A DNA stretch of 64,000 bases, taken from Candidatus Latescibacterota bacterium. Its GTDB lineage: Bacteria; Latescibacterota; UBA2968; UBA8231. Below, piece after piece: positions 32,248 to 43,682 of the stretch. A program made the translations under genes and the position numbers. Numbering within the stretch: the stretch's first letter is position 1; each line of letters begins with the position of its first letter. Below the pieces are notes generated by a model, which searched no databases, was not told the origin of the DNA, and saw nothing but the letters and a program-made list of their open reading frames with translations. The stretch lies in assembly GCA_965203355.1 (NCBI GenBank), contig OZ241889.1:2880001-2944000 (forward strand). Direction: 5' to 3'.

Positions 32248-33692
32248 TTTAACTGGCCCTTGTCGCGCAAGTACTGCGGCAAGTAGGCGACGATGAAATC
32301 CCGCGCTGTCCGGCCTCCGACTAAATCGTGATTGTGCCGCATCCGCCAAACTTCGAAGGCGGCCAATAATTCATCTTCTGGCAGGTCAATCCCGGCCCGA
32401 CGCGCATAGGACAGTACCATAGAGTGGTATTGCTGCCTACTGGGCAGACCGAGAAATACCTTCAGGGCAAAACGGTCGTCGAGCGCCCGCTCCTGATCGA
32501 GCCGTTGCTGTTGTTGAGGATCGTAGAATTCAGCTTGAATGCCTTGGTTGACCAGATTGGGACGCTCGTCGTCTAGCGGCATCTGGCCCAACCCTTGCGG
32601 CCGCTCGCCCTCTCGGTCCACTAGATCCTTATAGTTGGAGGTTGCATAGAAGACCAAGTTGTTCGGGCACGCTTCTAATCCCCCGTCGAGTACGCGCGAC
32701 AGTAGATGTAAATGGCTGTCCCCTCGACTCAAGGACACATTGTCCAGTACCCCCACAAAGCACTGGCGACGCCCCCGGACGAGGGCAAACAGGTCGGGTA
32801 ACAGATGGTAGCAAGACGGGGCGATTTCGATGGCGCGCAGACCGCGATCAAAGAATTGCCCTATCAAGGCCCGTATCAGCGTCGATTTGCCGCCGCCACG
32901 CGGACCCCAGATTAGCGCGTTGTGTGCCCGATAACCGACGAGAAAATGGCGCGTGTTTTCCGCTAACACTTGGATTCTCGCTCTGTTACCCTCCAGCCAG
33001 CCGAGGGGAAATTCCGCGAAATGGCGGATAGGTTCCAAGATGGGCTTGCCCCCCCGGCCGACTAGACGAAAAGCTGGGAATCGGCGCAGCGAACCCCGGC
33101 CGTACTCGTGGATCAGGCATCCAAGCTCTCCTGCTAACTCAGCCCAATCCGCGCTGCGGACAAAACGCTCTTTCAGTTGGTCAACGGCTGCGGGTTCCAC
33201 TCCATCTCCGGGTATGGGAGCCAAAGGCTCCTCCTTGCTGCCGATCAGCCGCAGCCATGTTCCCCAACGAGGACGAGCCAAAACCGCGGCACTTTGCAAG
33301 TCGCGACACGCAACCTGATACAGCGCAGCGGGAACATCTACTGGAGATTGCTTTTCGCAAGCGCGCAAAAACAAATGTCGGCCATCGAGGAGCCGGTTGA
33401 GCAACAGCCCTTGTAAGTCCGGTGCGCCACCGCCCCAATCGCCGTTAAGTGCCACCGCGAGGAGCGCATCTGAACAACGCTGGTGTTGCGCGATCAACTC
33501 GTCCGCTGTGCATTGTGCCTGTTTACCGGCCACCAGTCTGTCGACGCACCCCTTTGCATAGAGCAGCAAGGAACGCAACGGTTCCACCTCGGCAGGTTTG
33601 AGTAGCTGACTGAAAGAGGAGAACCGGTCCAAAGCAGCCAGCATGGCTTCGACTTGGCCGGCGATTTGCAGCGTCTCTTCACGCTTTGTCAT
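32220..33692 (-). CDS. DUF815-family AAA+ ATPase with N-terminal extension
   Basis: ENTRHF, NALIWGPRGGGKSTL, VLDGGLE, FYATSN, LDDRFAL, GGRTARDF. Confidence 0.8.
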   Translation of the reverse strand: MTKREETLQIAGQVEAMLAALDRFSSFSQLLKPAEVEPLRSLLLYAKGCVDRLVAGKQAQCTADELIAQHQRCSDALLAVALNGDWGGGAPDLQGLLLNRLLDGRHLFLRACEKQSPVDVPAALYQVACRDLQSAAVLARPRWGTWLRLIGSKEEPLAPIPGDGVEPAAVDQLKERFVRSADWAELAGELGCLIHEYGRGSLRRFPAFRLVGRGGKPILEPIRHFAEFPLGWLEGNRARIQVLAENTRHFLVGYRAHNALIWGPRGGGKSTLIRALIGQFFDRGLRAIEIAPSCYHLLPDLFALVRGRRQCFVGVLDNVSLSRGDSHLHLLSRVLDGGLEACPNNLVFYATSNYKDLVDREGERPQGLGQMPLDDERPNLVNQGIQAEFYDPQQQQRLDQERALDDRFALKVFLGLPSRQQYHSMVLSYARRAGIDLPEDELLAAFEVWRMRHNHDLVGGRTARDFIVAYLPQYLRDKGQLNQPSSSSIS

Positions 33693-33850
33693 CTAAATGC
33701 AAAACCTAGTTAAAATCCGCTATTAGAATTGGGTTGCTGACATTCTCATTGATTTCCCTCGGGGCGACGGCCCTGCACTTGGGCGCACACTTAAGCCTGT
33801 GCCACACAACCTCAACTGTCTGACAGACAACCGTTTTCGAGGAAAGGAAC

Positions 33851-33924
33851 TACCCCCGGGCGGATTCGAACCGCCGACCCACAGATTAGGAATCTGTTGC
33901 TCTATCCTGCTGAGCTACGGGGGC
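33851..33924 (-). tRNA. tRNA-Arg(CCT)
   Basis: GCCCCCGTAGCTCAGCAGGATAGAGCA, anticodon arm ACAGA-TTCCTAA-TCTGT, GGTTCGAATCC; CCA not encoded. Confidence 0.95.
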
Positions 33925-34087
33925 TATAGGAGGGCCGTCATTCATATTATGTTGCGCGAGCCCCAAAGTCAAACGCCCGAGTTTTTTATCTCATGTGTTG
34001 ACACCAAATTAAACTGGCCTAATTTACAGATTGTTTTGGCCGAAGAGGTAAGGCCAGCTTTCTACAACCTCAGTTAAACTAATACAT

Positions 34088-34744
34088 ATGGCTCAAGTAT
34101 TCCCGCGCAGCGCTAACTGGGCTTCCAAAGCCAGCATACTCGTTGGCCTCGTCCTAGTCGGCAGTATCCTCGGTATCGTCCTCAATATCAATCGCATTTA
34201 CTTCGTCAATCAGGTCAACGTACCCATCGATCAGCCCGTTCCCTTCAGCCACAAGCACCACGTTACCGGCATGGGCATCGATTGCCGCTATTGCCACACC
34301 ACTGTCGAGGAGAGTGCTTTTGCTGGCGTTCCTCCAACCGAAACCTGCATGACCTGCCACTCGCAGGTCTGGGCCGAAGCACCCATCCTCGAACCTGTGC
34401 GCGCCAGCTTCCGCGACAACGTGCCCATCGAGTGGAATCGCGTCCACGATCTGCCCGACTTCGCCTATTTCAACCACAGCATCCACGTCAATCAAGGCAT
34501 TGGCTGCCAGTCTTGCCACGGCCAAGTCGATCAAATGCCCCTGATGTGGAAAGCCGAATCGCTGAATATGGAGTGGTGCCTCGATTGCCACCGCGATCCC
34601 GCCCAGTACATCCGCCCGCGCGACCAAGTATTTAACATGAATTATCAGTACCCAGCCGATCAAGAGAGCTTGGGAGCGCAACTCGTCGCCGAATACGGCG
34701 TACAGACCAGTCAACTCACCAACTGCTCTATCTGCCATCGCTAA
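34088..34744 (+). CDS. actA: Alternative complex III subunit A, pentaheme cytochrome c
   Basis: QPVPFSHKHH; five CxxCH motifs (CRYCH, CMTCH, CQSCH, CLDCH, CSICH). Confidence 0.93.
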   Translation: MAQVFPRSANWASKASILVGLVLVGSILGIVLNINRIYFVNQVNVPIDQPVPFSHKHHVTGMGIDCRYCHTTVEESAFAGVPPTETCMTCHSQVWAEAPILEPVRASFRDNVPIEWNRVHDLPDFAYFNHSIHVNQGIGCQSCHGQVDQMPLMWKAESLNMEWCLDCHRDPAQYIRPRDQVFNMNYQYPADQESLGAQLVAEYGVQTSQLTNCSICHR

Positions 34745-34746
34745 AC

Positions 34747-37728
34747 ATGGAAACCAGAAAAAACATCGATCTCTCGGCCATTCGTTCCCGTCTCAAAGCC
34801 ACCCAAGGTCAAGTGTACTGGCGCAGCTTGGACCAATTGGCTCAGACCGAAGAATTCGCCGCCATGGTCCAGCGCGAGTTTCCCGAGCAAGCTGCCGAGT
34901 TGAAGGATCCGGTAAGTCGGCGGAATTTTCTCAAGCTCATGAGTGCATCGCTGGCACTAGGCGGGCTTTCGGGCTGCACGATTCAGCCCAGCGAAAAAAT
35001 CGTCCCCCAAGTCCGAGCTCCCGAACACATCATCCCCGGTAAGCCGCAGTACTTTGCTTCAGCCGCCTCGCTTGGCGGCATGGGCATGGGCATTCTAGTC
35101 GAGAGCCATATGGGGCGACCGACCAAAATAGAGGGCAACGCCGGGCATCCCTCCGGCAGTAGAGGCTCTAGTGCGCTCGTCCAGGCTTCGATCCTCGATC
35201 TCTACGATCCCGACCGCGCGCAAACGGTCAAAAACGCCGGTCGAATCAGCGCTTGGAGCATCTTCCTAGCCGATCTGACGCAGCGGCTAAGTTCACACGA
35301 GGCCAATGGCGGGGCGGGGCTGCGCATCCTGACCCAAACCGCGACTTCCCCGACCCTCGGGCACCAGTTGCAGGCTCTGCGGACCAAATTTCCCCAAGCC
35401 CAGTGGCACCAATACGAACCCGTCAATCGCGACAATGCCCGCGCTGGAGCGCAAATGGCTTTTGGCGAGCCGGTACATGCCTTCTACGACGTAGCCAAAG
35501 CCCAGGTCATTCTGTCGCTGGACGCCGACTTTGCCTATAGCGGTGCTGGCCATGTCCGCCACGCTCGGGACTTTGCGGCTGGTCGCAACTTCCGCAACGG
35601 TCAAAAGGCCGGCAATCGGCTCTATGCAGTCGAGAGCAGTCCAACGGCCACGGGCAGCATAGCCGATCACCGTTTGGCACTGGGCACGGCGCACATCGAA
35701 GCCTTGGCCCTCAAAGTCGCCCAAGGGCTTGGCATCGGCTGGTCGGGGCCGATCATCCCCGACGACTTCTCCGCCCACGACGCTTGGATTGCAGCCCTGG
35801 TTGAAGATCTAAAGGCCCATCGCGGCCAAAGCCTTGTGCTCGCTGGCGATCAGCAAGCCCCAGCCGTACACGCTTTGGCCCACGCCATCAACCACGCCCT
35901 AGGCAATGCCGGAGCAACCGTACACTACACCGCCCCCCTCGAAGTCGAATCGGTTGACCAGCGCGAGTCGCTATCCGCTCTAGTCGCCGATATGAACGCC
36001 GGCCAAGTTGAGTCCCTATTCATCCTCGGTGGCAACCCGGTGTACGACGCGCCCGTGGATCTCGGCTTTGCCTCGGCACTCGACAAGGTTGGCTACCGCG
36101 TCCACCTCAGCCTGTACGACAACGAAACGTCGGAACTCTGCCACTGGCACATCCCGGAATCTCACTTTCTCGAAGCCTGGAGCGACATTCGCACCCACGA
36201 TGGCCTGGCCACGATCGTCCAGCCGCTTATTCGCCCGCTCTATAAGAGCAAATCAATGCACGACCTCTTGGCGGTGCTCACCGGCCAGCCCGGGGTCCCC
36301 GATCTCGAGATCGTGCGCCAGTATTGGGAAAGCCAAGGCCTAGATGCGATTGCTTGGCGCCGCGCACTGCACGATGGCTTCGTCGAGGGCACGCGCCCCA
36401 AAGCCCAATCCCCGCAGCTAGGTCCGCTGAACTTACCCGCAACGACCGGAAACCTTCCCGAGGAAGAAGAGCTCGAAATCCACTTTCGGCCCGATCCTAT
36501 GGTGTGGGACGGTCGCTTTACCAACAACGCTTGGCTCCAAGAAACCCCGAAGCCCATCACGAAGCTCACTTGGGACAACGCCGCCCTCGTCAGCCCGGCC
36601 ACGGCCGAGCGTCTGCGACTCAAGAGCGAATTCCTCGCCGAGTTACGCTTTGACGGGCGCGCGATCCATGCCGCGGTTTGGATCGTGCCCGGCCAAGCCG
36701 ACGGCGTCGTCACCCTGCACTTGGGCTACGGCCAACAGCGCAGTGGTCGCATCGGGCGCGACACGGGCTGCAATGCCTATGCCCTGCGGCCAATGGCGGC
36801 CTTGTGGAGCGGCACCGGCCTGCAGGTCACCGGCTCGTACGACCGCTATCGCCTCGCCTGCACCCAAGATCATCACAGCATGGAAGGCCGCAACTTAGTG
36901 CGCCAAGCCTCGCTGTCCTACTACCAAGCACATCCGCATTTTGCCCACGAGGGGGCCCATGATCCGCCCGATGACTTGACGCTGCACAACCGCACGGATC
37001 ACCAGTACACCGGCTACGCTTGGGGCATGGTTATCGACCTAGGTGCCTGCATCGGCTGCAATGCTTGTGCGGTGGCCTGCCAAGCCGAAAACAACATCCC
37101 CATCGTGGGTAAGGACGAAGTACTCAATGGCCGCGAAATGCCTTGGATCCGCGTCGATCGCTACTACCAAGGCTCGCCCGACAACCCCCGAATCGCACAT
37201 CAGCCTGTGCCTTGTATGCAGTGCGAAAACGCTCCTTGCGAACTGGTCTGTCCAGTCGCGGCGACGACGCACAGCGACGAGGGCCTTAACGACATGGTGT
37301 ACAATCGCTGCGTCGGCACCCGCTATTGCGCCAACAACTGCCCCTACAAGGTCCGGCGCTTCAACTTCCTCCAATACGCCGACCGCGAGAGCGAGAGCTT
37401 AAAATTGCAGCGCAACCCGGATGTTACCACGCGCGCCCGCGGCGTAATGGAAAAATGTACGTACTGCGTCCAGCGCATCAACCAAGCGCGAATCGAGGCC
37501 AAAAAAGCCAACCGCACCATAGGCGATGGCGAGATTGTTACGGCCTGTGAGCAGGCCTGCCCGACCGAAGCCATCATCTTTGGGGACATCAACGATTCCA
37601 ATAGTCGGGTCTCCGCGCTCAAGGCATCGCCGCTCAACTACGGTATCCTCACCGAGCTGAACACGCGCCCGCGCACTACGTATTTAGCAAGTATCAAAAA
37701 CCCCAATCCAAAAATTGCCGAGGCTTAG
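34747..37728 (+). CDS. actB: Alternative complex III subunit B (molybdopterin-oxidoreductase fold + Fe-S)
   Basis: YWRSL, Tat SRRNFLK + lipobox [50 protein letters not shown]. Confidence 0.93.
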   Translation: METRKNIDLSAIRSRLKATQGQVYWRSLDQLAQTEEFAAMVQREFPEQAAELKDPVSRRNFLKLMSASLALGGLSGCTIQPSEKIVPQVRAPEHIIPGKPQYFASAASLGGMGMGILVESHMGRPTKIEGNAGHPSGSRGSSALVQASILDLYDPDRAQTVKNAGRISAWSIFLADLTQRLSSHEANGGAGLRILTQTATSPTLGHQLQALRTKFPQAQWHQYEPVNRDNARAGAQMAFGEPVHAFYDVAKAQVILSLDADFAYSGAGHVRHARDFAAGRNFRNGQKAGNRLYAVESSPTATGSIADHRLALGTAHIEALALKVAQGLGIGWSGPIIPDDFSAHDAWIAALVEDLKAHRGQSLVLAGDQQAPAVHALAHAINHALGNAGATVHYTAPLEVESVDQRESLSALVADMNAGQVESLFILGGNPVYDAPVDLGFASALDKVGYRVHLSLYDNETSELCHWHIPESHFLEAWSDIRTHDGLATIVQPLIRPLYKSKSMHDLLAVLTGQPGVPDLEIVRQYWESQGLDAIAWRRALHDGFVEGTRPKAQSPQLGPLNLPATTGNLPEEEELEIHFRPDPMVWDGRFTNNAWLQETPKPITKLTWDNAALVSPATAERLRLKSEFLAELRFDGRAIHAAVWIVPGQADGVVTLHLGYGQQRSGRIGRDTGCNAYALRPMAALWSGTGLQVTGSYDRYRLACTQDHHSMEGRNLVRQASLSYYQAHPHFAHEGAHDPPDDLTLHNRTDHQYTGYAWGMVIDLGACIGCNACAVACQAENNIPIVGKDEVLNGREMPWIRVDRYYQGSPDNPRIAHQPVPCMQCENAPCELVCPVAATTHSDEGLNDMVYNRCVGTRYCANNCPYKVRRFNFLQYADRESESLKLQRNPDVTTRARGVMEKCTYCVQRINQARIEAKKANRTIGDGEIVTACEQACPTEAIIFGDINDSNSRVSALKASPLNYGILTELNTRPRTTYLASIKNPNPKIAEA

Positions 37729-37729
37729 C

Positions 37730-39103
37730 ATGTCCGAAGCTGCGAAAACGCCTTATCGCCCCCCAGTATCGGAACTCGGCCCGAGCCAGACCTCGTACAC
37801 TTCGATTACCGACAAGATCAGTGGGATCGTCCTCACCAAAAACACCCCGCTGGCGTGGTTTCTCTGCTTTGCTTTAGGCTTCCTGCTACTACAAGCGTTC
37901 ATGATAGGCGTTCCCTATCTGCTCTTTGAGGGCGTGGGCATCTGGGGCATCAACAACCCCATAGGCTGGGGTTGGGCCATCATCAATTTTGTTTGGTGGA
38001 TCGGTATCGGCCATGCCGGCACCCTGATCTCGGCGATTTTACTGCTGTTCCGGCAGCGGTGGCGCACCTCGATCAACCGCGCGGCCGAGGCCATGACCAT
38101 TTTTGCCGTGCTCTGCGCCGCGCAGTTTCCGCTCTTTCACACCGGGCGGCCTTGGCTGGCCTGCTACTGGCTGCTGCCCTATCCCAACTCTATGGACATC
38201 TGGCCGCAGTTCCGCAGCCCGCTGATCTGGGACGTTTTCGCGGTCTCGACCTATTTGACAGTGTCGCTGGTCTTTTGGTTTGTCGGCTTGGTCCCAGACT
38301 TAGCGAGCCTGCGCGATCGCGCCAAAAACCGCATCGCCCAAGTCATCTACGGCGTCCTCGCGCTCGGCTGGCGCGGATCGGCCATTCACTGGGAACGCTA
38401 CGAAATGGCGTCCCTCCTGCTGGCCGGCCTCTCCACCCCCCTCGTGCTCTCTGTCCACAGCGTCGTCAGTTTCGACTTTGCCGTCGGGCTTATACCCGGA
38501 TGGCACACGACTATATTCCCCCCTTATTTCGTCGCCGGGGCGATCTATGCGGGCTTTGCCATGGTGCTGACCTTGATGATCCCCATGCGTTTCATCTACG
38601 GCTTGGACGACTTCATAACCGAGCGCCATCTAAACAACATGGCCAAAGTCATGTTGGCTTCCGGGCTGATTGTGGGCTATGGCTATTTCATGGAGCAACT
38701 CATCGCCTGGTACAGTGCCAGTGTCTTTGAGAGCTTTATGATGCAAAACCGCATGCACGGCCCGTACGGTCCCTTCTATTGGGCCTTAATCCTCTGCAAT
38801 ATAGCCGTGCCGCAGCTTTTGTGGTTTAGGCACTTTCGCACGAATATGTTCTGGCTGTTTTTCATTTCCCAGTTCATCAACGTCGGCATGTGGCTAGAGC
38901 GCTTTATCATCGTCGTCACCAGCCTACACCGAGATTTTATGCCCTCTTCTTGGGACATGTTCCACCCGACAATCTGGGACATCGCCATCTACGCGGGGAC
39001 TATTGGCCTGTTCATCGTCCTGTTTTTCCTGTTCGTCCGCGGCCTACCGATGATTTCCATCCACGAGATCCGCAATTTGCTGGTCTCCGGAGACCACAAG
39101 TGA
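37730..39103 (+). CDS. actC: Alternative complex III subunit C (NrfD family quinol oxidase)
   Basis: [46 protein letters not shown]. Confidence 0.93.
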   Translation: MSEAAKTPYRPPVSELGPSQTSYTSITDKISGIVLTKNTPLAWFLCFALGFLLLQAFMIGVPYLLFEGVGIWGINNPIGWGWAIINFVWWIGIGHAGTLISAILLLFRQRWRTSINRAAEAMTIFAVLCAAQFPLFHTGRPWLACYWLLPYPNSMDIWPQFRSPLIWDVFAVSTYLTVSLVFWFVGLVPDLASLRDRAKNRIAQVIYGVLALGWRGSAIHWERYEMASLLLAGLSTPLVLSVHSVVSFDFAVGLIPGWHTTIFPPYFVAGAIYAGFAMVLTLMIPMRFIYGLDDFITERHLNNMAKVMLASGLIVGYGYFMEQLIAWYSASVFESFMMQNRMHGPYGPFYWALILCNIAVPQLLWFRHFRTNMFWLFFISQFINVGMWLERFIIVVTSLHRDFMPSSWDMFHPTIWDIAIYAGTIGLFIVLFFLFVRGLPMISIHEIRNLLVSGDHK

Positions 39104-39115
39104 GCCATTGAACTT

Positions 39116-39661
39116 ATGCAGCAGCACCAAGAATCAACGCGCTACGGTCTACTGGCCGAATTTGAATCCCCCGACGACTTGCTGGCCGCAGCCAAGACGA
39201 CCGTCGCCGCTGGCTATAGCAAGATCGACGCCTATTCACCCATGCCCATCCACGGCTTGGGTGAGGCCATCGGCTTTTCAGGCACTAGGTTGCCTTGGCT
39301 GGTTTTCGCCTTCGGCCTACTCGGTGCCATCACCGGCTACGCGCTGTGCTATTGGGTTTCGGTCGTAGATTATCCGCTCAATATCGCTGGCAAGCCTTTG
39401 CACAGCGGGCCGATGTTCATCCCGGTGACCTTTGAGCTGACCATCCTCTTTGCCGCGCTCAGTGCGGCTTTTGGCATGTTCATCGCCAACGGCCTACCCC
39501 AGCCCTACCACCCGGTTTTCAACGCGCCTAGTTTCGCCCGTGCCAGTCAGGATCGCTTCTTTCTCAGTATCGAGGCCGAGGATCCCCAGTTCGACCGCAA
39601 AAAAACCGAAGAATTTCTGCGCGGCCTGAATCCGCATGAGGTCGTCGAAGTTGAAAAGTAA
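39116..39661 (+). CDS. actD: Alternative complex III subunit D (DUF3341)
   Basis: DAYSPMPIHGL, YPLNIAGKP, FELTILFAA; operon position. Confidence 0.9.
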   Translation: MQQHQESTRYGLLAEFESPDDLLAAAKTTVAAGYSKIDAYSPMPIHGLGEAIGFSGTRLPWLVFAFGLLGAITGYALCYWVSVVDYPLNIAGKPLHSGPMFIPVTFELTILFAALSAAFGMFIANGLPQPYHPVFNAPSFARASQDRFFLSIEAEDPQFDRKKTEEFLRGLNPHEVVEVEK

Positions 39662-39662
39662 A

Positions 39663-40247
39663 ATGACTATCGCCAATCGACGGCTCGCTGCCTTGTTGGG
39701 CGTGGTGCTATTGCTGGTTAGCACCGCCGGATGCGAACTGCGGCAAGCCATGTACGACCAAGAAAAATACGAGCCGCTAGAAGCCTCGGCGTTTTTTGCC
39801 GATGGCCAGTCTTTCCGTTCGCAGGTTGACGGCACTGTGGCGCGAGGCCAACTGATGCTGGACGATCACTTCTATCAGGGCAAAATACAAGGCCAACTAG
39901 CGGCAACCTTGCCGGTGGCCGTTGACCGCCCGTTGCTAGCGCGAGGCCGAGCGCGCTACAACATTTTCTGCGCCCCCTGTCACGACAAGACTGGCGAGGG
40001 CAACGGCATGATCGTCCAGCGAGGGCTCAAACAGCCGCCGACCTTTCATCAACAGCGGTTGCGCGAGGTGCCCGTCGGCCATTTTTACGATGTCATTACC
40101 AATGGCTTTGGCGTCATGTATAGCTACGCTTCCCGCATCTCTGTAGCCGACCGTTGGGCTATCGTCGCCTATATCAAGGTGTTACAGCTAAGTCAGAACC
40201 TTGAATTCGACCAACTGCCGGCCGAAGACCAAAGGCAACTTCAATGA
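39663..40247 (+). CDS. actE: Alternative complex III subunit E, monoheme cytochrome c lipoprotein
   Basis: Lipobox TAGC, MYDQEKY, GTVARG, CAPCH, DRWAIVAY. Confidence 0.9.
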   Translation: MTIANRRLAALLGVVLLLVSTAGCELRQAMYDQEKYEPLEASAFFADGQSFRSQVDGTVARGQLMLDDHFYQGKIQGQLAATLPVAVDRPLLARGRARYNIFCAPCHDKTGEGNGMIVQRGLKQPPTFHQQRLREVPVGHFYDVITNGFGVMYSYASRISVADRWAIVAYIKVLQLSQNLEFDQLPAEDQRQLQ

Positions 40248-41479
40248 ACGAGTCGATTATCCAACAGTCTGCGGCCTTGCATCCCTATTTAGACAACCTC
40301 CAGCGCCGGGCGCTGGTCGTGGGACTGGCCGGCTTGGCTGCCACTGTGGTCGGCTATTTCACGGCCGAAGAGCAGTTCTTCCGCTCTTATTTGCTGGCCT
40401 TTACCTTCTGGATCGGCCTGCCCTTGGGCAGCTTGGGCATCCTGATGATCCACCATGTCGGCGGTGGCACTTGGGGGTTTTCAATCCGGCGTCTGCTCGA
40501 AGCCGGGACTCGCACCTTGCCCTTGATGTTTCTGTTGTCGCTGCCGATTCTCTTCTTCGGCCTGCACGATCTCTACGAGTGGGCTCATCCGGGCGTAGTG
40601 CAAAAAGACAGCATCCTCCAGCAAAAGGTCGCCTTGCTCAACGAGCCGTTCTTCATTGTGCGCACCGTGCTCTACTTCGCTATCTGGGGACTGTTCGCCT
40701 TCCTGCTCAACCGCTGGTCCCTACAGCAGGATCAGACGACCGCAACGCATCCGACCCATCGCATGCAGATTCTGAGCGGGCCGGGGATCGTCGTGTTCTT
40801 TCTCACCGCGACGCTGGCCTCGGTCGATTGGCTGATGTCGCTTGAGCCGCATTGGTTCTCGACGATTTTCGGCATCATCTACATCATAGGCATGGGGCTG
40901 ATGGCTTGGGGGCTTGCGTTCCTCGTCGCCGTCCCGCTCTCGCGACGGGAACCACTCCAAGGCGTAATTACCGAGCAGCACCTGCGCGACTTAGGCACCT
41001 TTATGCTCGCCTGTGTCATGCTCTGGGCCTATACCTCGTTTTCCCAGTTGCTGATCATCTGGTCGGCTAATTTGCCCGAGGAGATCACTTGGTACATGAC
41101 TCGTTTAGAGGGCGGTTGGCAATACGTTGGCTACGGGCTGCTGGTGTTTCACTTTGCCATCCCCTTTCTCTTTCTTATATCCAGCACGATGAAGTCCAAA
41201 ACCAAGCTGCTCGCTACCATTGCCGCCGGCTTGGTGTTCATGCGCTTGGTCGATTTGTACTGGATCACGGCACCGGCTTTCACCAAAGTCCACGCCGAAA
41301 AGGGGCCGAGTTTCCACAGCACCGGGATCGCGCTACACTGGCTTGACCTAGCCATTCCAATAGGCATCGGCGGCATCGTCCTTGCGCTCTTCTTCGCGCA
41401 ACTAAAAAAGCGTGCGCTGATCGCGCAAAACGACCCCCGTTTTGCAGACCTCTACCGCGGCGAAAGCAGTCATGGCTGA
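40244..41479 (+). CDS. actF: Alternative complex III subunit F
   Basis: [34 protein letters not shown]; multi-TM. Confidence 0.9.
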   Translation: MNESIIQQSAALHPYLDNLQRRALVVGLAGLAATVVGYFTAEEQFFRSYLLAFTFWIGLPLGSLGILMIHHVGGGTWGFSIRRLLEAGTRTLPLMFLLSLPILFFGLHDLYEWAHPGVVQKDSILQQKVALLNEPFFIVRTVLYFAIWGLFAFLLNRWSLQQDQTTATHPTHRMQILSGPGIVVFFLTATLASVDWLMSLEPHWFSTIFGIIYIIGMGLMAWGLAFLVAVPLSRREPLQGVITEQHLRDLGTFMLACVMLWAYTSFSQLLIIWSANLPEEITWYMTRLEGGWQYVGYGLLVFHFAIPFLFLISSTMKSKTKLLATIAAGLVFMRLVDLYWITAPAFTKVHAEKGPSFHSTGIALHWLDLAIPIGIGGIVLALFFAQLKKRALIAQNDPRFADLYRGESSHG

Positions 41480-41867
41480 ACAAGCACACAATCAAACCAA
41501 CCTCGGTTACGAGACAACGGATGCGCGGGTAACGCCGTTAGCGCAGGCCGCCCTCTTTATTGCTGCGCTAGTCATCGCTGCCTTTGTCGGCATGATCGTC
41601 TTATTCAAGGTTTTCGCCTATTACCAGCCGCTCTTCGACGATCCGGTCCCGCCGCTTGTCGATAACCGCGTTGCCAGCGATGCGCCGCGGCTACAGGTGG
41701 ACCCGCCAAAGCAAAAGTTCGAGTTGGCGCAAAGAGAAGCCGCGGTCCTCAACTCCTATGGCTGGATCGACGAACAAGTGCAGGTAGTACGCATTCCTAT
41801 CGAGCGCGCGATTGATCTGGTGAGCGAAGGCAAAGTGCCGCTCATAACGCCGCCAGCAGCCCCATGA
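41472..41867 (+). CDS. actG: Alternative complex III subunit G-like
   Basis: Single TM; PRLQ…LNSYGWID…VRIPIERAI. Confidence 0.75.
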   Translation: MAEQAHNQTNLGYETTDARVTPLAQAALFIAALVIAAFVGMIVLFKVFAYYQPLFDDPVPPLVDNRVASDAPRLQVDPPKQKFELAQREAAVLNSYGWIDEQVQVVRIPIERAIDLVSEGKVPLITPPAAP

Positions 41868-42703
41868 GCAGAACGATAACTACATTCGCGCACAGCGCGA
41901 TCTTTTTGGCATGGACTCTGCCGCTTTTGCTAGCAGGCCAGACCGGGGCGCAGGTTTATACCCAACAGCTACAAGAGCGCATCGGCATCGACCAGAAATT
42001 AGGCGACCCGATCCCCTTGGATCTCGAATTCACCGACTCAAGCGGCGCACGCGTCTCGCTCCATCAATATTTCGGTCAGAAGCCCGTCGTGCTCGCCTTA
42101 GTGTACTATGAGTGCCCCATGCTCTGCACTCAAGTGCTCAATAGCCTCTTGCGGGCGATGAACGTGCTGAGTTTTGGCGTTGGCACGGATTTCGACGTCT
42201 TGACCATCAGTATTGACCCCGGTGAAACACCGGAATTGGCCGCAGCCAAAAAAGCCGAGTACAGCAAAAACTACCGCGGCCGCGATGGTTCTACAGGTTG
42301 GCATTTTCTCACCGGCAAGCAAGACCAGATCGAACAGCTAGCCGCAGCCGTCGGCTTTCGCTACGCATATGACGAAGACACCGACCAGTACATCCACGCC
42401 AGCGGCTTGATGGTGCTGACGCCGGAAGGCAAACTGGCACGCTATTTCTACGGCATTGACTACCCGCCGCGCGACTTGCGCTGGGGCCTCGTCGAAGCGG
42501 CCGACGGAGCTATCGGCAACCCAGTGGATCAGCTACTCCTGCTTTGCTATAGCTACGACCCAATGACCGGCAAATACGGTCTTTACATCCGCAATTCCCT
42601 GCGCATCGGTGGGCTAATTACCGTGCTGGCTCTCGCGACCTTTATCATCGTCATGCTCAAGCGGGATCGCCGCAACAACTTGCATCACCCTCAGATCAAC
42701 TAG
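41864..42703 (+). CDS. SCO1/SenC family copper chaperone
   Basis: YYECPMLC (CxxxC), GWHFLTG, YIHAS. Confidence 0.9.
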   Translation: MSRTITTFAHSAIFLAWTLPLLLAGQTGAQVYTQQLQERIGIDQKLGDPIPLDLEFTDSSGARVSLHQYFGQKPVVLALVYYECPMLCTQVLNSLLRAMNVLSFGVGTDFDVLTISIDPGETPELAAAKKAEYSKNYRGRDGSTGWHFLTGKQDQIEQLAAAVGFRYAYDEDTDQYIHASGLMVLTPEGKLARYFYGIDYPPRDLRWGLVEAADGAIGNPVDQLLLLCYSYDPMTGKYGLYIRNSLRIGGLITVLALATFIIVMLKRDRRNNLHHPQIN

Positions 42704-42712
42704 TTCGGAGCC

Positions 42713-43657
42713 TTGAACCGCATGTCCGACTTTCCACTTTTTCCCGCCCAAGCCTCCACCATCGCCTTGCAGGTAGATGCCCTGTACGCAGTCTTGCTCG
42801 TCTTGACTGTGTTCTTCTGCTTGCTCGTCTTCGGCCTGGTAATCACCTTCGCCATCAAGTACCGCCGCCGCTCAGAAGACGAACGGCCCGAGCAAACTCA
42901 CGGCAATCTCGCCCTTGAACTGTCTTGGACCATCGTTCCCCTCTTTTTAGCACTTTTCGTCTTCTTGCTCGGAGCCGATGTTTTCTTCCGGCTCCAGCGA
43001 CCGCCGTCCGACCCCTTGGAAATCTACGTGGTCGGCAAGCAGTGGATGTGGAAAATCCAGCACGAATCGGGCAAGCGAGAAATCAATACCCTACATGTGC
43101 CCAAGGGCCAGCCCGTCCGCCTGACCATGACTTCAGAGGACGTAATCCACGACTTTTTCATCCCGGCCTTTCGCGTCAAAAACGACGTGTTGCCTGGCCG
43201 CTACACGACCCTTTGGTTTGAGGCCACGCAGACGGGCGAGTTCCACTTATTTTGCGCTGAGTATTGCGGCACCCAGCACTCGGGTATGATCGGCAAGGTG
43301 ATCGTCATGGAACCTGCGGATTACCACGACTGGCTGATGGGATCATCCAGCGGTGAATCCATGGTCGAGGCGGGCGAACGCCAGTTCCAACAACTCGGCT
43401 GCGAGACCTGCCACAAATCCACAGCTACGGGCCGCGGCCCTTCACTGGTCGGGATTTACGACAAGCCGGTAACGCTCAGCAACGGGCAGGAGGTCGTCGT
43501 TGATAGCGACTATATCCGCGAGTCCATTCTCCAGCCCCAAGCCAAAATCGTCGCTGGATACGAGCCAATTATGCCCGTCTTTGAGGGGCAGATCAGCGAG
43601 CAGTCGCTGTTGCAAATCGCGTCCTATATCAAATCCCTGAGCGAGTCCGCCGAGTGA
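42713..43657 (+). CDS. coxB: Cytochrome c oxidase subunit II with C-terminal cytochrome c (caa3)
   Basis: [18 protein letters not shown] (CuA), CETCH heme c. Confidence 0.95.
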   Translation: MNRMSDFPLFPAQASTIALQVDALYAVLLVLTVFFCLLVFGLVITFAIKYRRRSEDERPEQTHGNLALELSWTIVPLFLALFVFLLGADVFFRLQRPPSDPLEIYVVGKQWMWKIQHESGKREINTLHVPKGQPVRLTMTSEDVIHDFFIPAFRVKNDVLPGRYTTLWFEATQTGEFHLFCAEYCGTQHSGMIGKVIVMEPADYHDWLMGSSSGESMVEAGERQFQQLGCETCHKSTATGRGPSLVGIYDKPVTLSNGQEVVVDSDYIRESILQPQAKIVAGYEPIMPVFEGQISEQSLLQIASYIKSLSESAE

Positions 43658-43682
43658 ACATCTCAACGAGGTCATCCAAGCC

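Noticed and set aside
31586-33990. Integrative element or tmRNA near smpB and the tRNAs
   Set aside because: No integrase, no duplicated tRNA 3' end, and no ssrA-like termini recognised.
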